From positions 691-64,690 of the forward strand of contig CADAFP010000029.1 in NCBI GenBank assembly GCA_902787185.1: DNA of 64,000 nt. The letters are read 5' to 3'. Each line of letters opens with the position of its first letter. Positions within the stretch are counted from its first letter, which is position 1. Positions 10,053 through 20,315 of this stretch are shown here, piece by piece. Source of the DNA: an uncultured Bacteroidales bacterium (lineage in GTDB: Bacteria > Bacteroidota > Bacteroidia > Bacteroidales > Muribaculaceae). A program made the position numbers and the translations under genes. The notes below the pieces were generated by a model that was not told where the DNA came from, did not search any database, and worked only from the letters and a program-made list of their open reading frames with translations.

Positions 10053-10646
10053 TCAAAACAGCCAGGCGACATTAATCGTCCAGTGGCGGTCCTTGCCTTC
10101 CACCTTGGTGCCCGAGTATTCGCGGTCGATAATTTCCAGTGCACGGCTCAGCCCCATGCCATAGGTCGCCGACAAGCGCAGGTGGGTGAACAGGTCGGCG
10201 CCAAATCCCAAGTCCCACGACGTGAAGGTCTTGCTGTTGTTGATACTGGGCGACGCGTCCTCGTCAAACAGGATCGAGAAATTGGGCCCCGTGAACACAT
10301 AGGGGGCGAAATAGCGTTGCACGGCGGGCAGCGACAGGCGGTAACGGGCATACACGGGGATATCGATGTAGTGCCGCTTGTAGGTGCGCACTTCGCTCGT
10401 GAGAGGCGTCTTGCGGAAGGTGTACATCGCCGACGCCTCGATGCCCAGCCCCACGACGGGGATGTTCAGGTCGAGCACCAGGCCGCCGGTGTAGCCAGCA
10501 CGGTTGCCGCTGTCGATGAAGTCACGGTCCAGGCTGAGGCGGTTCACCGTGAGACCTGCACGCAGGCCCACACGCACCTGGCTCCATGCGGGCAGTGCCA
10601 GTAGCGCCAGGGTGAAAGCGATGAGGATTTTCTTGCTAATTCTCAT
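10053..10646 (-). CDS. Outer-membrane beta-barrel (porin/PorT-like) protein, paralog of the adjacent gene
   Basis: Signal peptide, VGLRAGL, YIDIPVYARY, FTGPNFS, terminal WLF. Confidence 0.8.
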   Translation of the reverse strand: MRISKKILIAFTLALLALPAWSQVRVGLRAGLTVNRLSLDRDFIDSGNRAGYTGGLVLDLNIPVVGLGIEASAMYTFRKTPLTSEVRTYKRHYIDIPVYARYRLSLPAVQRYFAPYVFTGPNFSILFDEDASPSINNSKTFTSWDLGFGADLFTHLRLSATYGMGLSRALEIIDREYSGTKVEGKDRHWTINVAWLF

Positions 10647-10799
10647 ATTTTGGTACTTGATTTCTATTTGCCCCCAAAGCTACACCATTTTTCTGAAACG
10701 CCAACAATTTTGAGCCGACAAAATCTTGGGGACGGGACAGGAGATGGGGTGGGGGGAATAAGAGAAACGGTCCAGCACCTAAGTGCTGAACCGCTCTGT

Positions 10800-10877
10800 T
10801 GGTGGGCAGTGAGGGATTCGAACCCCCGACCCTCTGCTTGTAAGGCAGATGCTCTGAACCAACTGCGCTAACTGCCC
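10800..10877 (-). tRNA. tRNA-Val(TAC)
   Basis: Reverse complement GGGCAGTTAGCGCAGTTGGTTCAGAGCATCTGCC-TTACAA-GCAGAGGGTCGGGGGTTCGAATCCCTCACTGCCCACCA; T-loop TTCGAAT, CCA end. Confidence 0.97.
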
Positions 10878-11171
10878 GTTGCTGTCAAAAGCGATTTTAA
10901 ACTACCAAAAAAAATCGCACTTTTTTTTCAAAAAATGATGATTTTTTTCAAAAAAGCCCATTTTTTCGGCAAAAAAGCCCTAATTTTACCCACGAAATCA
11001 TCCCTCACCAAGTCGCCAACGCGCCAAGCGGTATTTGCCCCTCAGCGGCATCGCGCCCAGCATGAGGTGAACACGAGCTGAGGTGAACACGAGGGATATA
11101 TTGTTATTTAAAATGTATTGTTGAATTAATAAGGAGGAATGTTTAATTAAAAAGTATTTATATAGTGTAGA

Positions 11172-11729
11172 ATGATGGAAACAACTTACATTTTCCTGGC
11201 CGATGGCTTTGAGGAAGTCGAGGCCCTGACGAGTATTGATGTGTTGCGTCGTGCGGGCATGCCCGTGACGACGGTGTCGATCAACCCCACCCTTGAGGTC
11301 ATCGGTGCCCATGGCGTGAAAGTCCTTGCCGACAGCCTGTTTGCCGACAACGACTACAGCGCTGCCGAGTGGCTCGTGCTGCCGGGTGGCATCCCTGGCG
11401 CTCCCAATCTGTTGGCCTGCCAACCCCTGTGTGACGCCCTGCTGGAGCAGGACGAGCGTGGCGGCAAGGTGGCTGCCATCTGTGCCTCGCCGGCAGTGGT
11501 TCTCGGGCAGTTGGGCATTTTGCAGGGCCGCAAGGCGGTGTGCTATCCCGGACTCGAGGACTCGGTCGAGGGCGTGAACTGGTGTGACGGCCAGGTGGCT
11601 GTCGATGGCCATGTGGTGACAGGCAACGGCCCCGCAGCGGCAACGGCATTTGCCCTCATGCTGGTCGAGCAGACCGTGGGTGCCGACAAGGCCGCCGAAG
11701 TGGCCGCTGGAATGCTCTACAGGCAGTGA
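11172..11729 (+). CDS. DJ-1/PfpI (ThiJ/YajL) family protein
   Basis: ADGFEEVEA, LPGG, AAICASP nucleophile elbow, TGNGP. Confidence 0.92.
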   Translation: MMETTYIFLADGFEEVEALTSIDVLRRAGMPVTTVSINPTLEVIGAHGVKVLADSLFADNDYSAAEWLVLPGGIPGAPNLLACQPLCDALLEQDERGGKVAAICASPAVVLGQLGILQGRKAVCYPGLEDSVEGVNWCDGQVAVDGHVVTGNGPAAATAFALMLVEQTVGADKAAEVAAGMLYRQ

Positions 11730-11987
11730 TAACTTATCGTTTTTAAGGCCTCTTTAACGGATTTTGGCACTCGTGGGACTAAAAGTTGTGAACATGTGTG
11801 AACTTTTTGTGTTAAAAAGTTGTAGATTCCAAATTTTAGGTCTAAATTTGTGCCACCTTATGAAAGGTATTTTGTGGTGCTTGTTTTATAACCATAAAAA
11901 CTGCTTTGAAACCGGAAATTTAATGATTTAAAAACATTATTTTATTATTAACCATTTAATTATTAACTTCAAAAAATCTGTAGATTT

Positions 11988-13679
11988 ATGAAAAAAATTT
12001 TAGCACTTTTGTTTGTATGTGCAGGTCTGACTGCTATGGCAGTTAATCCTCATGTGAACACGAATGCCAAGGTCGTTGCTGGCCAGCCTAACAAGGCTAT
12101 GGTGATGAAGACCTCTTCTCTGGCCAACCAGTTCTCAGCTCCCGCTATGAACTCTGGCAACTTCAAGTCACTGCAGCAGTTCTTTGCTGAGAAGAATGTG
12201 ACCCCCGCCGACAACAGGCTGATGAAGAAAGCTCCTCGTCGCGTAGGTGATGATGAGGTTCTCGACACCAAGCTCGCTTTCATGGTAGGTTACGATTATG
12301 ACTCAACTTCTAATGCATTCGATGTGTTGGCACCTAACCGCTACGTCGGTGGTTGGACTGTTGAGATGGAGAAAGCTGAGGAGAACGTCTTCAATGCATA
12401 TCTCTATTTCACCGGCATTCCCTTCCAGTTCATCGTGGACTACGAGAATGGTACCGCCGAGATGGTTATGGAGACCCTGGGTGGCTGGCAGTGGTCAGAC
12501 ACCACCACCAGTGGCCGCTACACCTACTACAACGATACCACCGAGTACCTCTTCCTCTGGAACGAGGACTACCTGCTCGACGAATCTGAGACTGCTGAGC
12601 CGACTAACCTGCAAGGTACGCTCTACGCGGATGGTACCATCTACATCCCCGGTGGCTGGTGCGTTTATCTTTATCAGAAGACCAAAAGAACCCAGGTTCG
12701 CAATGGCGTCGTTCAAAGCGTAGACTCTAACACTGTGTCTGGTATGTACACTGATATGTACAAGTACACCTACCTGATGCTTCCCAACGCAAAGCACGAC
12801 TATGACTATGAGGGCAATGACACCACTACCCACTTTGACAACCTGGCTTACATGTTCCAGGATAATGAGAACGACAGCCTCGTTTACGTTTGGAACCTTT
12901 GGGGGTTCGGCGGCCGCGGTGTTGAGTTCAACCTGGACGGTAATGGTGGTTTGACCTTCCCCTCGGGACAGATTGTAGGTTGCGGTGATGTTGATGACCT
13001 CGAGGAAGCCTATGCACAGTATGACTGGCAGACCTATGGCCACTGGTTCATCAATGCTGACGGTGAGGGTGATGATGAGGCTGATGTAATCGGCACCTAC
13101 ACCACCAACAGCTTGAATTGGGACGCTACCACTTGGTTGCGTTACTGCCTCTATGGTCAGGACATGTATGCTCTGAGCTACTATCCCATGCTGAACAACG
13201 TGGTTACCTACACCGACGGTGAGGTATTCCTGTTCGGCAAGACCGCTGATCCTATCATCGTAACCCAGACCACCGACGAAGCCGTTATCGTTGACCTCGA
13301 GCTCGAGGAGAACGCTGAATATCTGCTGCTCGTAGGTGATGAGTTCGTTGAGGCTCCCTACAGCCTGGAGCGCACCGCTGAGGACTACACCGTAACCGTT
13401 GCTGCTATGGCTCAGGTTCCCGGCAAGCACGAGAGTGAGATCGTTGTTCTTGAGGTTACTGTTCCAGCTCTTGCTCCTGCCTACACCCGTGGTGATGTTG
13501 ACATGGATGGCAGCATCGGTATCTCCGACGTAACCCGTCTGGTTGACTACATCCTGACCAAGGATGCTACGACTCCTCCCATGAGCATTGAGGCTGCTGA
13601 CACCGACCTCGATGGTGGCATCGGTATCGCCGACGTTACCAAGTTGGTTGACTACATCCTGAGCAAGTCTTGGGACTAA
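11988..13679 (+). CDS. Secreted acidic protein with C-terminal type I dockerin
   Basis: Signal peptide; duplicated Ca-binding loops GDVDMDGSIGISDVTRLVDYIL / ADTDLDGGIGIADVTKLVDYIL. Confidence 0.85.
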   Translation: MKKILALLFVCAGLTAMAVNPHVNTNAKVVAGQPNKAMVMKTSSLANQFSAPAMNSGNFKSLQQFFAEKNVTPADNRLMKKAPRRVGDDEVLDTKLAFMVGYDYDSTSNAFDVLAPNRYVGGWTVEMEKAEENVFNAYLYFTGIPFQFIVDYENGTAEMVMETLGGWQWSDTTTSGRYTYYNDTTEYLFLWNEDYLLDESETAEPTNLQGTLYADGTIYIPGGWCVYLYQKTKRTQVRNGVVQSVDSNTVSGMYTDMYKYTYLMLPNAKHDYDYEGNDTTTHFDNLAYMFQDNENDSLVYVWNLWGFGGRGVEFNLDGNGGLTFPSGQIVGCGDVDDLEEAYAQYDWQTYGHWFINADGEGDDEADVIGTYTTNSLNWDATTWLRYCLYGQDMYALSYYPMLNNVVTYTDGEVFLFGKTADPIIVTQTTDEAVIVDLELEENAEYLLLVGDEFVEAPYSLERTAEDYTVTVAAMAQVPGKHESEIVVLEVTVPALAPAYTRGDVDMDGSIGISDVTRLVDYILTKDATTPPMSIEAADTDLDGGIGIADVTKLVDYILSKSWD

Positions 13680-13720
13680 TCCCAACACTGGGAATCTGAA
13701 CGATTCTCAATAACTCTACA

Positions 13721-13753
13721 AGGCAGGACCCCCTTCGGGTCCTGTCTTTTTTT
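13721..13753 (+). terminator. Rho-independent terminator
   Basis: AGGCAGGACCC-CCTTC-GGGTCCTGTCT followed by a T run. Confidence 0.85.
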
Positions 13754-13889
13754 GGGTCTATAGCGACTATATGTGCTATGGATGCTTTTTGTGCTTGTGT
13801 GGCTCATGCGATAATAACTACCTTTGCCCCAACTGTTTTTATTTGGCTTCGCATCTGAAGCAATAGTAATCATTAATAATGAAACAACC

Positions 13890-15896
13890 ATGAAGAAACA
13901 CAAATCATCATTGAGAGAAATTCAGATTGTTCCCCGGGCGATGATGCCGTTGGCCAATGGCGAGGCGGCGCCCCAGGGCAACGCCGTGCTGGCGGTTAAT
14001 GTGCGCGAGCGTGAGCAGTCGCTCGAGGTGACAGGGCAACCCGTTGCCATCGGCACCATCACTGCTGGCGACAGGTTGCTGCTGATGGCACGTGACTGCC
14101 GCGTGACCTGCAGGGGCCATGCGGTGAAGATTGACGGTGTGACCGTGGCGACGGTGACAGGAAACATCGTGGGAGCCCATGAGTTAGGGGGCTTGATTGT
14201 CATCGTTACCGAGGACGGCTTGACCTTCTTGACACATCGTGACGGCACGTGGACGGTCCTTGACGCCGATGATGCCGTGCCACAGCTGTCGTTTGGCACC
14301 GAAGTCACGACAGCCCGCGCCGACATCGAGGCCTATACCTTTGCTGAGCCCTACAACGAGTGGCGCGCGCCGCTGGCCGATGCCGACACCAGCGCTCTCG
14401 CGGCGGCACTGAGGGCGGCATGGAATGCGCTCAGTGCCGACGCTGCCGCCGAGGGCTTGCACACCGCCCCGATGCTGGTGCGCTGGGCCGTGCGCCTGCA
14501 TGACGGCACCTACCTGTGGATGAGCGACTCGGTGCGGGTGGGCGACGCCACGCTGGCCAACGCCGACCGTATCTCAGCTATGGTGGAGGACAGTGGCCAT
14601 GGTTTCGTGGGAACCACTGCGACCGTCTTGCCGCAGTTGCGTTACAGCCTAAACATCGCTGTGAATCAAGGTGTTGCATCGCAGTGGTTGCCGTTAGTGT
14701 CGGCCATCGACGTGTTCGTCACCGATGAGGCACAGTTGCTCACCGCATCGCGCTCGCTTGACTACCGCTGCCTCACGCGGACGACAGCCCACCAGGAATA
14801 TATCCTGGAGATGGGACTCTCACGGCGCAGTGCCGCCGCCATCACTTCCCAACTGGCTTCGTCGCCATGGCATCTTGCCGCCACAGCTCCCGTCACGGGG
14901 CAACCGATGTCGGGCAATGACTTTGTCGCGCCCCTCGAGCCAAAGACGTTGACCAATGCCCAATGTGTCGCCATCGGCGGGATGAGGCGTCTCGACGGTG
15001 TGGTGGCATCGGCCAGCGCTGGGGGCAGGCTCTACTGCTGCACCCATGCCGGCGATGTGGTGGTCAGCGAACCGGGCAACGCCCTGGTCGAGGCCCACTG
15101 CCGCCGCGTGCAGGGCGCTGAGCCATTGGCGCTGGCGGTAGTCACCAGGCCGCTGTATTCAGGTGGTTTTGGACGCTATCCGGTCTATGTGTTCACCGAT
15201 GACGGCATCTATGCCATCCCCCAGACCACTGGGGGAACGCTGGGCGAAGCCCGCCTGGTGGACCGCACCGTCATCGATGCCGCCGTGAGGCCTGTCGAGG
15301 CCCGCAACGCCGTCTATCTGCTATCGCGCCACGGGCATCTGTGCCGCTTGAGCGGGGCGCAGCTCGAGGTGTGCCTGCGCGACGTGCCGTGTGCCGCTCT
15401 GGCCTGGTGCGACGCCCTCGGCGAGTTGTGGGTGTTGCGCGGCGAGGGCAATCCGCTCGTGCTGCTGCCCAGTGGCACGATGAGTGAGCGCACCGTTGCT
15501 GCAGCGCAGCTATACAGCGACCCGCGCCATGCTGTCGCCGTGACTGACGACGGCACCTTACTCGACTTGGAGCATGAGGCAGCGGCCACCATGCCCGTCA
15601 AGTGGCAGACTCATCCCGTCGCTGTCCATCCCTTGCTGGGCGGGACGGTGGCACGCGTGCTGTGGCACGTGACGAGCGGTGCCGCGGCCTTGACGCTCAA
15701 GGTCAGTGGCCAGCGCGGCATCATGTCACAGGAGCAGGATGTGAGCGTCATCACCGTTGCCGGAGCCATCGACCAACCCTTGGCGACGGCTCCCATGGCC
15801 GTGAGAATGCGCACGCTGCGCCTGGTGCTGACGGGCACTGCCGCCACGGGCACCTTGCTGCTGCCCACCATCCTCTACCTTAAGCCACGACCTTAA
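13890..15896 (+). CDS. Hypothetical beta-rich protein, resembles phage tail/head-stabilisation proteins
   Basis: Long ORF immediately upstream of a terminase; SGGFGRYPVYVFTDDGIYAI recalls a motif of Bacteroidales phage tail/stabilisation proteins (from memory, unverified); TACCTTTG -7 box at 13819-13826. Confidence 0.55.
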   Translation: MKKHKSSLREIQIVPRAMMPLANGEAAPQGNAVLAVNVREREQSLEVTGQPVAIGTITAGDRLLLMARDCRVTCRGHAVKIDGVTVATVTGNIVGAHELGGLIVIVTEDGLTFLTHRDGTWTVLDADDAVPQLSFGTEVTTARADIEAYTFAEPYNEWRAPLADADTSALAAALRAAWNALSADAAAEGLHTAPMLVRWAVRLHDGTYLWMSDSVRVGDATLANADRISAMVEDSGHGFVGTTATVLPQLRYSLNIAVNQGVASQWLPLVSAIDVFVTDEAQLLTASRSLDYRCLTRTTAHQEYILEMGLSRRSAAAITSQLASSPWHLAATAPVTGQPMSGNDFVAPLEPKTLTNAQCVAIGGMRRLDGVVASASAGGRLYCCTHAGDVVVSEPGNALVEAHCRRVQGAEPLALAVVTRPLYSGGFGRYPVYVFTDDGIYAIPQTTGGTLGEARLVDRTVIDAAVRPVEARNAVYLLSRHGHLCRLSGAQLEVCLRDVPCAALAWCDALGELWVLRGEGNPLVLLPSGTMSERTVAAAQLYSDPRHAVAVTDDGTLLDLEHEAAATMPVKWQTHPVAVHPLLGGTVARVLWHVTSGAAALTLKVSGQRGIMSQEQDVSVITVAGAIDQPLATAPMAVRMRTLRLVLTGTAATGTLLLPTILYLKPRP

Positions 15897-15926
15897 TATC
15901 CCGAAGAATACCATGAATTGAATACC

Positions 15927-17912
15927 ATGAATAACGACACATTATTAAGTAATATAGAAGACATTCTTGATGAGAACCAGCGGCGCAACGCGGCACTCGA
16001 CGGAGACCGCTATGACCCGCTTGCGGGTGTGGGCTGTTGGGGAGACAGGGTGGAAATAGGCGGATGTCGGGTGCCGAGGGCAGTGCTCGATGCCAGCCCC
16101 GACTATGCACAACAGTCGCCGATAGCCCAGGCGCGCCTGCGCATCGTCGAGGACTTTGAGTTCTGGTGTGCCCGCTGCGTGACCATCTGTGACAAGAAGA
16201 CCGGGCGAGGCGTGCCCTTTGTCCTCAACCGCCCACAGCGTCGGCTGCTGGCAGTGATGGAAGGGCAGCGTGCAGCGGGCCGCCCCGTGCGCGTGATTCT
16301 GCTCAAGGCTCGCCAGTGGGGCGGCTCCACACTGGTGCAGATGTATCTGGCATGGATGCAGATTGTGCGCCACAAGGGGTGGAACAGCCTCATCTGCGGT
16401 CACGTGCATGCCTCCAGCAAGAACATCAAACGCATGTATAACCTGATGCTGCGCCACTATCCCAAGGAGTTGCTTGATGATGACGCCATGCCGCTGAAGT
16501 TCAGTAAGTTGGAGGGACAGACCAACGTGCAGCAGATCGAGGCCCGAGAGTGCCTGGTCATCACCGGCAGTTCCCGCAGCGAGGATGCCGTGCGTGGCTA
16601 TGACATCTCGATGGCCCACTTGAGCGAGGTGGCCTTCTGGAAGGAGAGCGCGATGCACAATCCCGACGATGTGGCGCGCAGCGTGTGTGGCAGCATTGCC
16701 CTCAAGCCCGAGTCGGTCATTGTCCTCGAGTCCACAGCCAACGGCGTGGGAGATTACTTCCATGACGAGTGGCTGCGCGCCAACAAGGGTGTCAGTGACA
16801 AAGCGCCCCTGTTTGTGCCCTGGTACGAGATCGATAATTACAGCAGTCCTGTCGATGACGCCCAGGCACTGTGGCAAGACATGGATGCCTATGAGCGCAC
16901 GCTGTGGAACGACGGGCTCACCCTCGAGCAGATCAACTGGTACCATTGCAAGCGTCGCGAGTACCGCAAACATGAACTGATGATGGCCGAATATCCCACG
17001 ACCGCCAGCGAGGCCTTTGCCACCAGCGGCCATCATGTGTTTGACCGCAAGGAACTCGATGAGCTCGCCAAGGGGTGCCCGCTCGCGCCGTTGGCGGTGG
17101 GCGAGGTGTACGGCGAGGGCTTGAGCGGCAATCGCCTGAAGGAGAACGTGCGCTTTATCGCGGCTGCCAATGGCTTGCTCAAGGTGTGGGAAATGCCTGT
17201 GACACAGTCGCCCCGTCGCATCAGGTACATGGTCGTCGTCGATGTTGGAGGCAAGTCGGAGGGTAGCGACTACTCGGTCATTGCCGTCTGGCGTGAGGGC
17301 AGTGAGTTCAACAAGCCGTCGATTGTGGCGCAGTGGCGTGGGCACATCTACCACGACCAGTTGGCGATGAAGGCGATGCAGATTGCCGTGTTCTACAACA
17401 GGGCGCTGCTTGTCGTCGAGAGCAACACCCTCACCAACGAGGCGGCGAGGGAAGGGCAGAGCGAGTACATCCTGAGCAACCTGTCTCAGGTGTATGGCAA
17501 TGTTTATCAGCGGGGGCGGTGGAAGTACGGTTTCCACACCAATGTCAAGACCAAGAACATGGCTGTCACCGCACTGGTTGCCGCCGTGCACCTGGGCCAA
17601 TACGTCGAGCGGGACATTGAGGCCATCAACGAGATGCGCAACTATGAGGAACACAATGGCCGCTATGCAGCCCGCAAGGGCAAGCACGACGACATCCTGA
17701 TGACGCGTGCCATCGGTCTGCTGCTGTTCGAAGACAAGAAACTCTTTGGCGACAACAGCCAGGCCGACAGCCGGTCGCTCGTTCAAGACACGTGGATGGC
17801 GCAGCAGTGCCACGACGGCCTCCCGCGCCCGTCGCGCCCAGCAGTGCCACCACGCCCGCCACGCACACGTCCGCTACCAGGTCAACTATTCAGCCCTGCT
17901 GATTTCCTCTAA
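15927..17912 (+). CDS. Phage terminase large subunit-like protein
   Basis: LNRPQ adenine-binding motif, ILLKARQWGGST Walker A, AHLSEVAFW Walker B, LESTANG motif III, nuclease VVVDVGG...DYSVI, VESN, HDDILM. Confidence 0.88.
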   Translation: MNNDTLLSNIEDILDENQRRNAALDGDRYDPLAGVGCWGDRVEIGGCRVPRAVLDASPDYAQQSPIAQARLRIVEDFEFWCARCVTICDKKTGRGVPFVLNRPQRRLLAVMEGQRAAGRPVRVILLKARQWGGSTLVQMYLAWMQIVRHKGWNSLICGHVHASSKNIKRMYNLMLRHYPKELLDDDAMPLKFSKLEGQTNVQQIEARECLVITGSSRSEDAVRGYDISMAHLSEVAFWKESAMHNPDDVARSVCGSIALKPESVIVLESTANGVGDYFHDEWLRANKGVSDKAPLFVPWYEIDNYSSPVDDAQALWQDMDAYERTLWNDGLTLEQINWYHCKRREYRKHELMMAEYPTTASEAFATSGHHVFDRKELDELAKGCPLAPLAVGEVYGEGLSGNRLKENVRFIAAANGLLKVWEMPVTQSPRRIRYMVVVDVGGKSEGSDYSVIAVWREGSEFNKPSIVAQWRGHIYHDQLAMKAMQIAVFYNRALLVVESNTLTNEAAREGQSEYILSNLSQVYGNVYQRGRWKYGFHTNVKTKNMAVTALVAAVHLGQYVERDIEAINEMRNYEEHNGRYAARKGKHDDILMTRAIGLLLFEDKKLFGDNSQADSRSLVQDTWMAQQCHDGLPRPSRPAVPPRPPRTRPLPGQLFSPADFL

Positions 17913-17933
17913 CCGCTGGGCGAGTTTGGGCGC

Positions 17934-17972
17934 AAAAAAAAACCGCGAGCGATAAGCCCGCGGTTTTTTTTA
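17934..17972. terminator. Bidirectional intrinsic terminator
   Basis: A run-CCGCGAGC-GATAA-GCCCGCGG-T run between convergent genes. Confidence 0.8.
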
Positions 17973-17996
17973 TCAAAATAAGATTTTTACTGTTTC

Positions 17997-18962
17997 TTAC
18001 TTGATCACCTTGCTGGTGCTGGTGGTACCATCGTTGAAGGTAACGACCTTGATGTTTACGCCCTCGAAGGGAACGTTGCTCTCCATACCGGCAACGTTGT
18101 AGTACTTCACGTTGTTGATGGTCTTCTCGGCCATGTTCTCAACTACGCTGCTGGAACCGTAAACGGCTGCACGGTTGTACTGCAGGAACAGCTGGCTCTC
18201 GTTGTTGCCACCGGTGCCATAGAAGAAGGTGCAATCGTTAGCATCCCAATTAGCGATGTTGGCCTCGCGGAAGTTAAAGAACTGGTTGGCAATGATCAGG
18301 TCGCCTGCGTGACCCTCGGTGCCGTTGTTCTTCAGGAAGAGGGCAAACAGGGTAGCGTCTTTCTTAAGAGCACCGTTGGTTTTATACTTGCTGGCGTTCT
18401 GAGCCGACAGGTGGCTGCCATAAGCGTTAGCGTTGTAGCATACGATGGTATAAACATCATAGGTTACCTCGTCAACGGTTACGGTATTCTCCTTCTTACC
18501 CCAAGTCAGAGCAGTGGTCTTGGGCATACGATCACCACCCTCAAAGGTTACCTCGTCACCGTCCTCGTTCTCACCAATGGCCAACTCAAAGCCCTGGGGA
18601 ACATAAAGGTCGCACTGGAATGAGTTATAAGTAATCTCGTTGTAGAGGTCACCGTTTGCATTGTAAGCAATGGGAGTCAGAGCCTGAACCTTCTCGTTGG
18701 TGTAAATCTCGTCGTCGTTGAGGTAGAACCATACCTTCTGGACGTTGCCACCCTTGAAGCTGATGACATTGTCATACACCTGATCCTCGCCCATGTCATT
18801 GTAGGTGCCACGGATGAAGAGGTGATCCTGGGTTGCCTGACCTACGTTCTGAGGGGTCACGCCGTCGCCCTGGAAACCGAGCTCACCGGTCGTCTGAGCA
18901 AAAGCGGTCATGCTCAGCGATGCAGCAGCAAAAAGAAGTAAATTTTTAATCTTCATAATCAA
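17997..18962 (-). CDS. Secreted protein with T9SS-type C-terminal sorting domain; possible cohesin-like domain
   Basis: Signal peptide; C-terminus VKYYNVAGMESNVPFEGVNIKVVTFNDGTTSTSKVIK; internal YNSFQCDLYVPQG. Confidence 0.75.
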   Translation of the reverse strand: MIMKIKNLLLFAAASLSMTAFAQTTGELGFQGDGVTPQNVGQATQDHLFIRGTYNDMGEDQVYDNVISFKGGNVQKVWFYLNDDEIYTNEKVQALTPIAYNANGDLYNEITYNSFQCDLYVPQGFELAIGENEDGDEVTFEGGDRMPKTTALTWGKKENTVTVDEVTYDVYTIVCYNANAYGSHLSAQNASKYKTNGALKKDATLFALFLKNNGTEGHAGDLIIANQFFNFREANIANWDANDCTFFYGTGGNNESQLFLQYNRAAVYGSSSVVENMAEKTINNVKYYNVAGMESNVPFEGVNIKVVTFNDGTTSTSKVIK

Positions 18963-19302
18963 ATGAGTTAAAATGTTAGTAATAATGTTAATTAATATTT
19001 TTTGTTTTGTATGTTCTTTTACATTTGGTTCAATAGCATCGCTCTACCAAAGAGGGTAGTGAGATGAATTGCTGTCTATTACGTTGAAAACCAGAAATAT
19101 ACGCAACAATTGCGCAGATTTCTCCGCTTTTCAGAGTACAATATTACGAACTTTTTTTGAACTGACAAAATTTTTTTGAAAAAACGCTCGAAAAAACTGT
19201 TTTTCTTTTCCCGAAGTGCCTATTAACACTGCAAGACTATCAAAAATCGCATCCGGAATGATATGCATTCCTAAGTAGTAATCTATGCGTTTTTCCAAAG
19301 AG

Positions 19303-19440
19303 TCACAGTTTGACCTTAAAGGGCTTGTCGGCAAGGGATGCCAACTGGCGGAAACGCTTGTACCAGTCGGGCTGCACGCCGGGTCGGATTTTGGGCGCGC
19401 GTGAGCGATTTCGCTTGATATGGATGGTCTTCTTAATCAT
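19303..19440 (-). CDS. Putative 45-aa basic protein
   Basis: MIKKTIHIKRNRSRAPKIRPGVQPDWYKRFRQLASLADKPFKVKL; ATG 2 nt after the stop of the upstream gene. Confidence 0.45.
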   Translation of the reverse strand: MIKKTIHIKRNRSRAPKIRPGVQPDWYKRFRQLASLADKPFKVKL

Positions 19441-19442
19441 CT

Positions 19443-20315
19443 TCACTCCTTTTTCTTGTTTTTGGTCATCGGCAGGGTGTAATAAATTCCCAATGAGAGC
19501 CCTAACGAACTGCTGCGTGGTCCATAACCGGGTATGAACCAGGGCTTTGAGTGGCTGTTCTTGCCATAGTTGAAGATGCCGTGGTAACGGATCATCCAAC
19601 CCATCGACACGCGGTCCCACAACTTGACCTTGAGGCCCACGCCAGCCTCGCCCCACAGGGCGTGGGAACGCTCGCCGGTAATGTTGTAACCGATATCCTC
19701 GCGCCAATAGCTGTTGATATAGTGCGCGTCGGTCACGTCATAGCCAAAGGTGCTATAGCCCAGCCTGATGCCGACAAGCACCTGATAATCAGGACTGTTC
19801 TTGAACATGAAATTGTAGTTCGCGCCCACCTTGAAGTAGGGCGACGGTTTGCCCTTGTAGGTGAAATTCATGCCGTCGGGCGTGTTTTTCGCCCATCCGA
19901 GGCCCATCTCGACAGTGGGCTGCAGACGGTTCCACATGTTGAGGGTCACGCTGACGTCAGTGCTGGCGTAACTTTGTCCAAAAGCCATGAAAAGCGGCTC
20001 GGCGATATTCAGTCCCACCGACAGGTCGGTCAGGCGGGGATAGTGCTTGTAGATGCGCCGCAGCGAGTCCTTGCGCAACTGGGCGGCAGCCTCGGCGCTG
20101 TCACCGTTGATGTAATGCTGAATGACCTCCTCGGCGGTGCCCTTGGGGGGCGGTTTCACCTGGTTGGTCTGCGGGATGACGGGCGTGACGTGACGCTTGT
20201 CGGGCTCCTGCGCTCCAGCCTGTAGTATCCCGAGCATCAGCATCGCCAAGGTCATCAACAGAGGCAGATGCCCCTTGATGACTGCGTTGTGACTATGTTG
20301 TCGGGGACTTCTCAT
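19443..20315 (-). CDS. Outer-membrane protein, DUF6048-like
   Basis: Signal peptide, beta-strand pattern, KPWFIPGYG; usual Bacteroidales neighbour of a GT2 and a lipoprotein. Confidence 0.7.
   Translation of the reverse strand: MRSPRQHSHNAVIKGHLPLLMTLAMLMLGILQAGAQEPDKRHVTPVIPQTNQVKPPPKGTAEEVIQHYINGDSAEAAAQLRKDSLRRIYKHYPRLTDLSVGLNIAEPLFMAFGQSYASTDVSVTLNMWNRLQPTVEMGLGWAKNTPDGMNFTYKGKPSPYFKVGANYNFMFKNSPDYQVLVGIRLGYSTFGYDVTDAHYINSYWREDIGYNITGERSHALWGEAGVGLKVKLWDRVSMGWMIRYHGIFNYGKNSHSKPWFIPGYGPRSSSLGLSLGIYYTLPMTKNKKKE

Noticed and set aside
11063-11093. 15-bp direct repeat TGAGGTGAACACGAG x2 upstream of the DJ-1 gene
   Set aside because: Only two copies and no other supporting context; likely a local duplication
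13890-17912. Intact prophage
   Set aside because: Only two phage-like genes; no capsid, portal, integrase or lysis genes in the window
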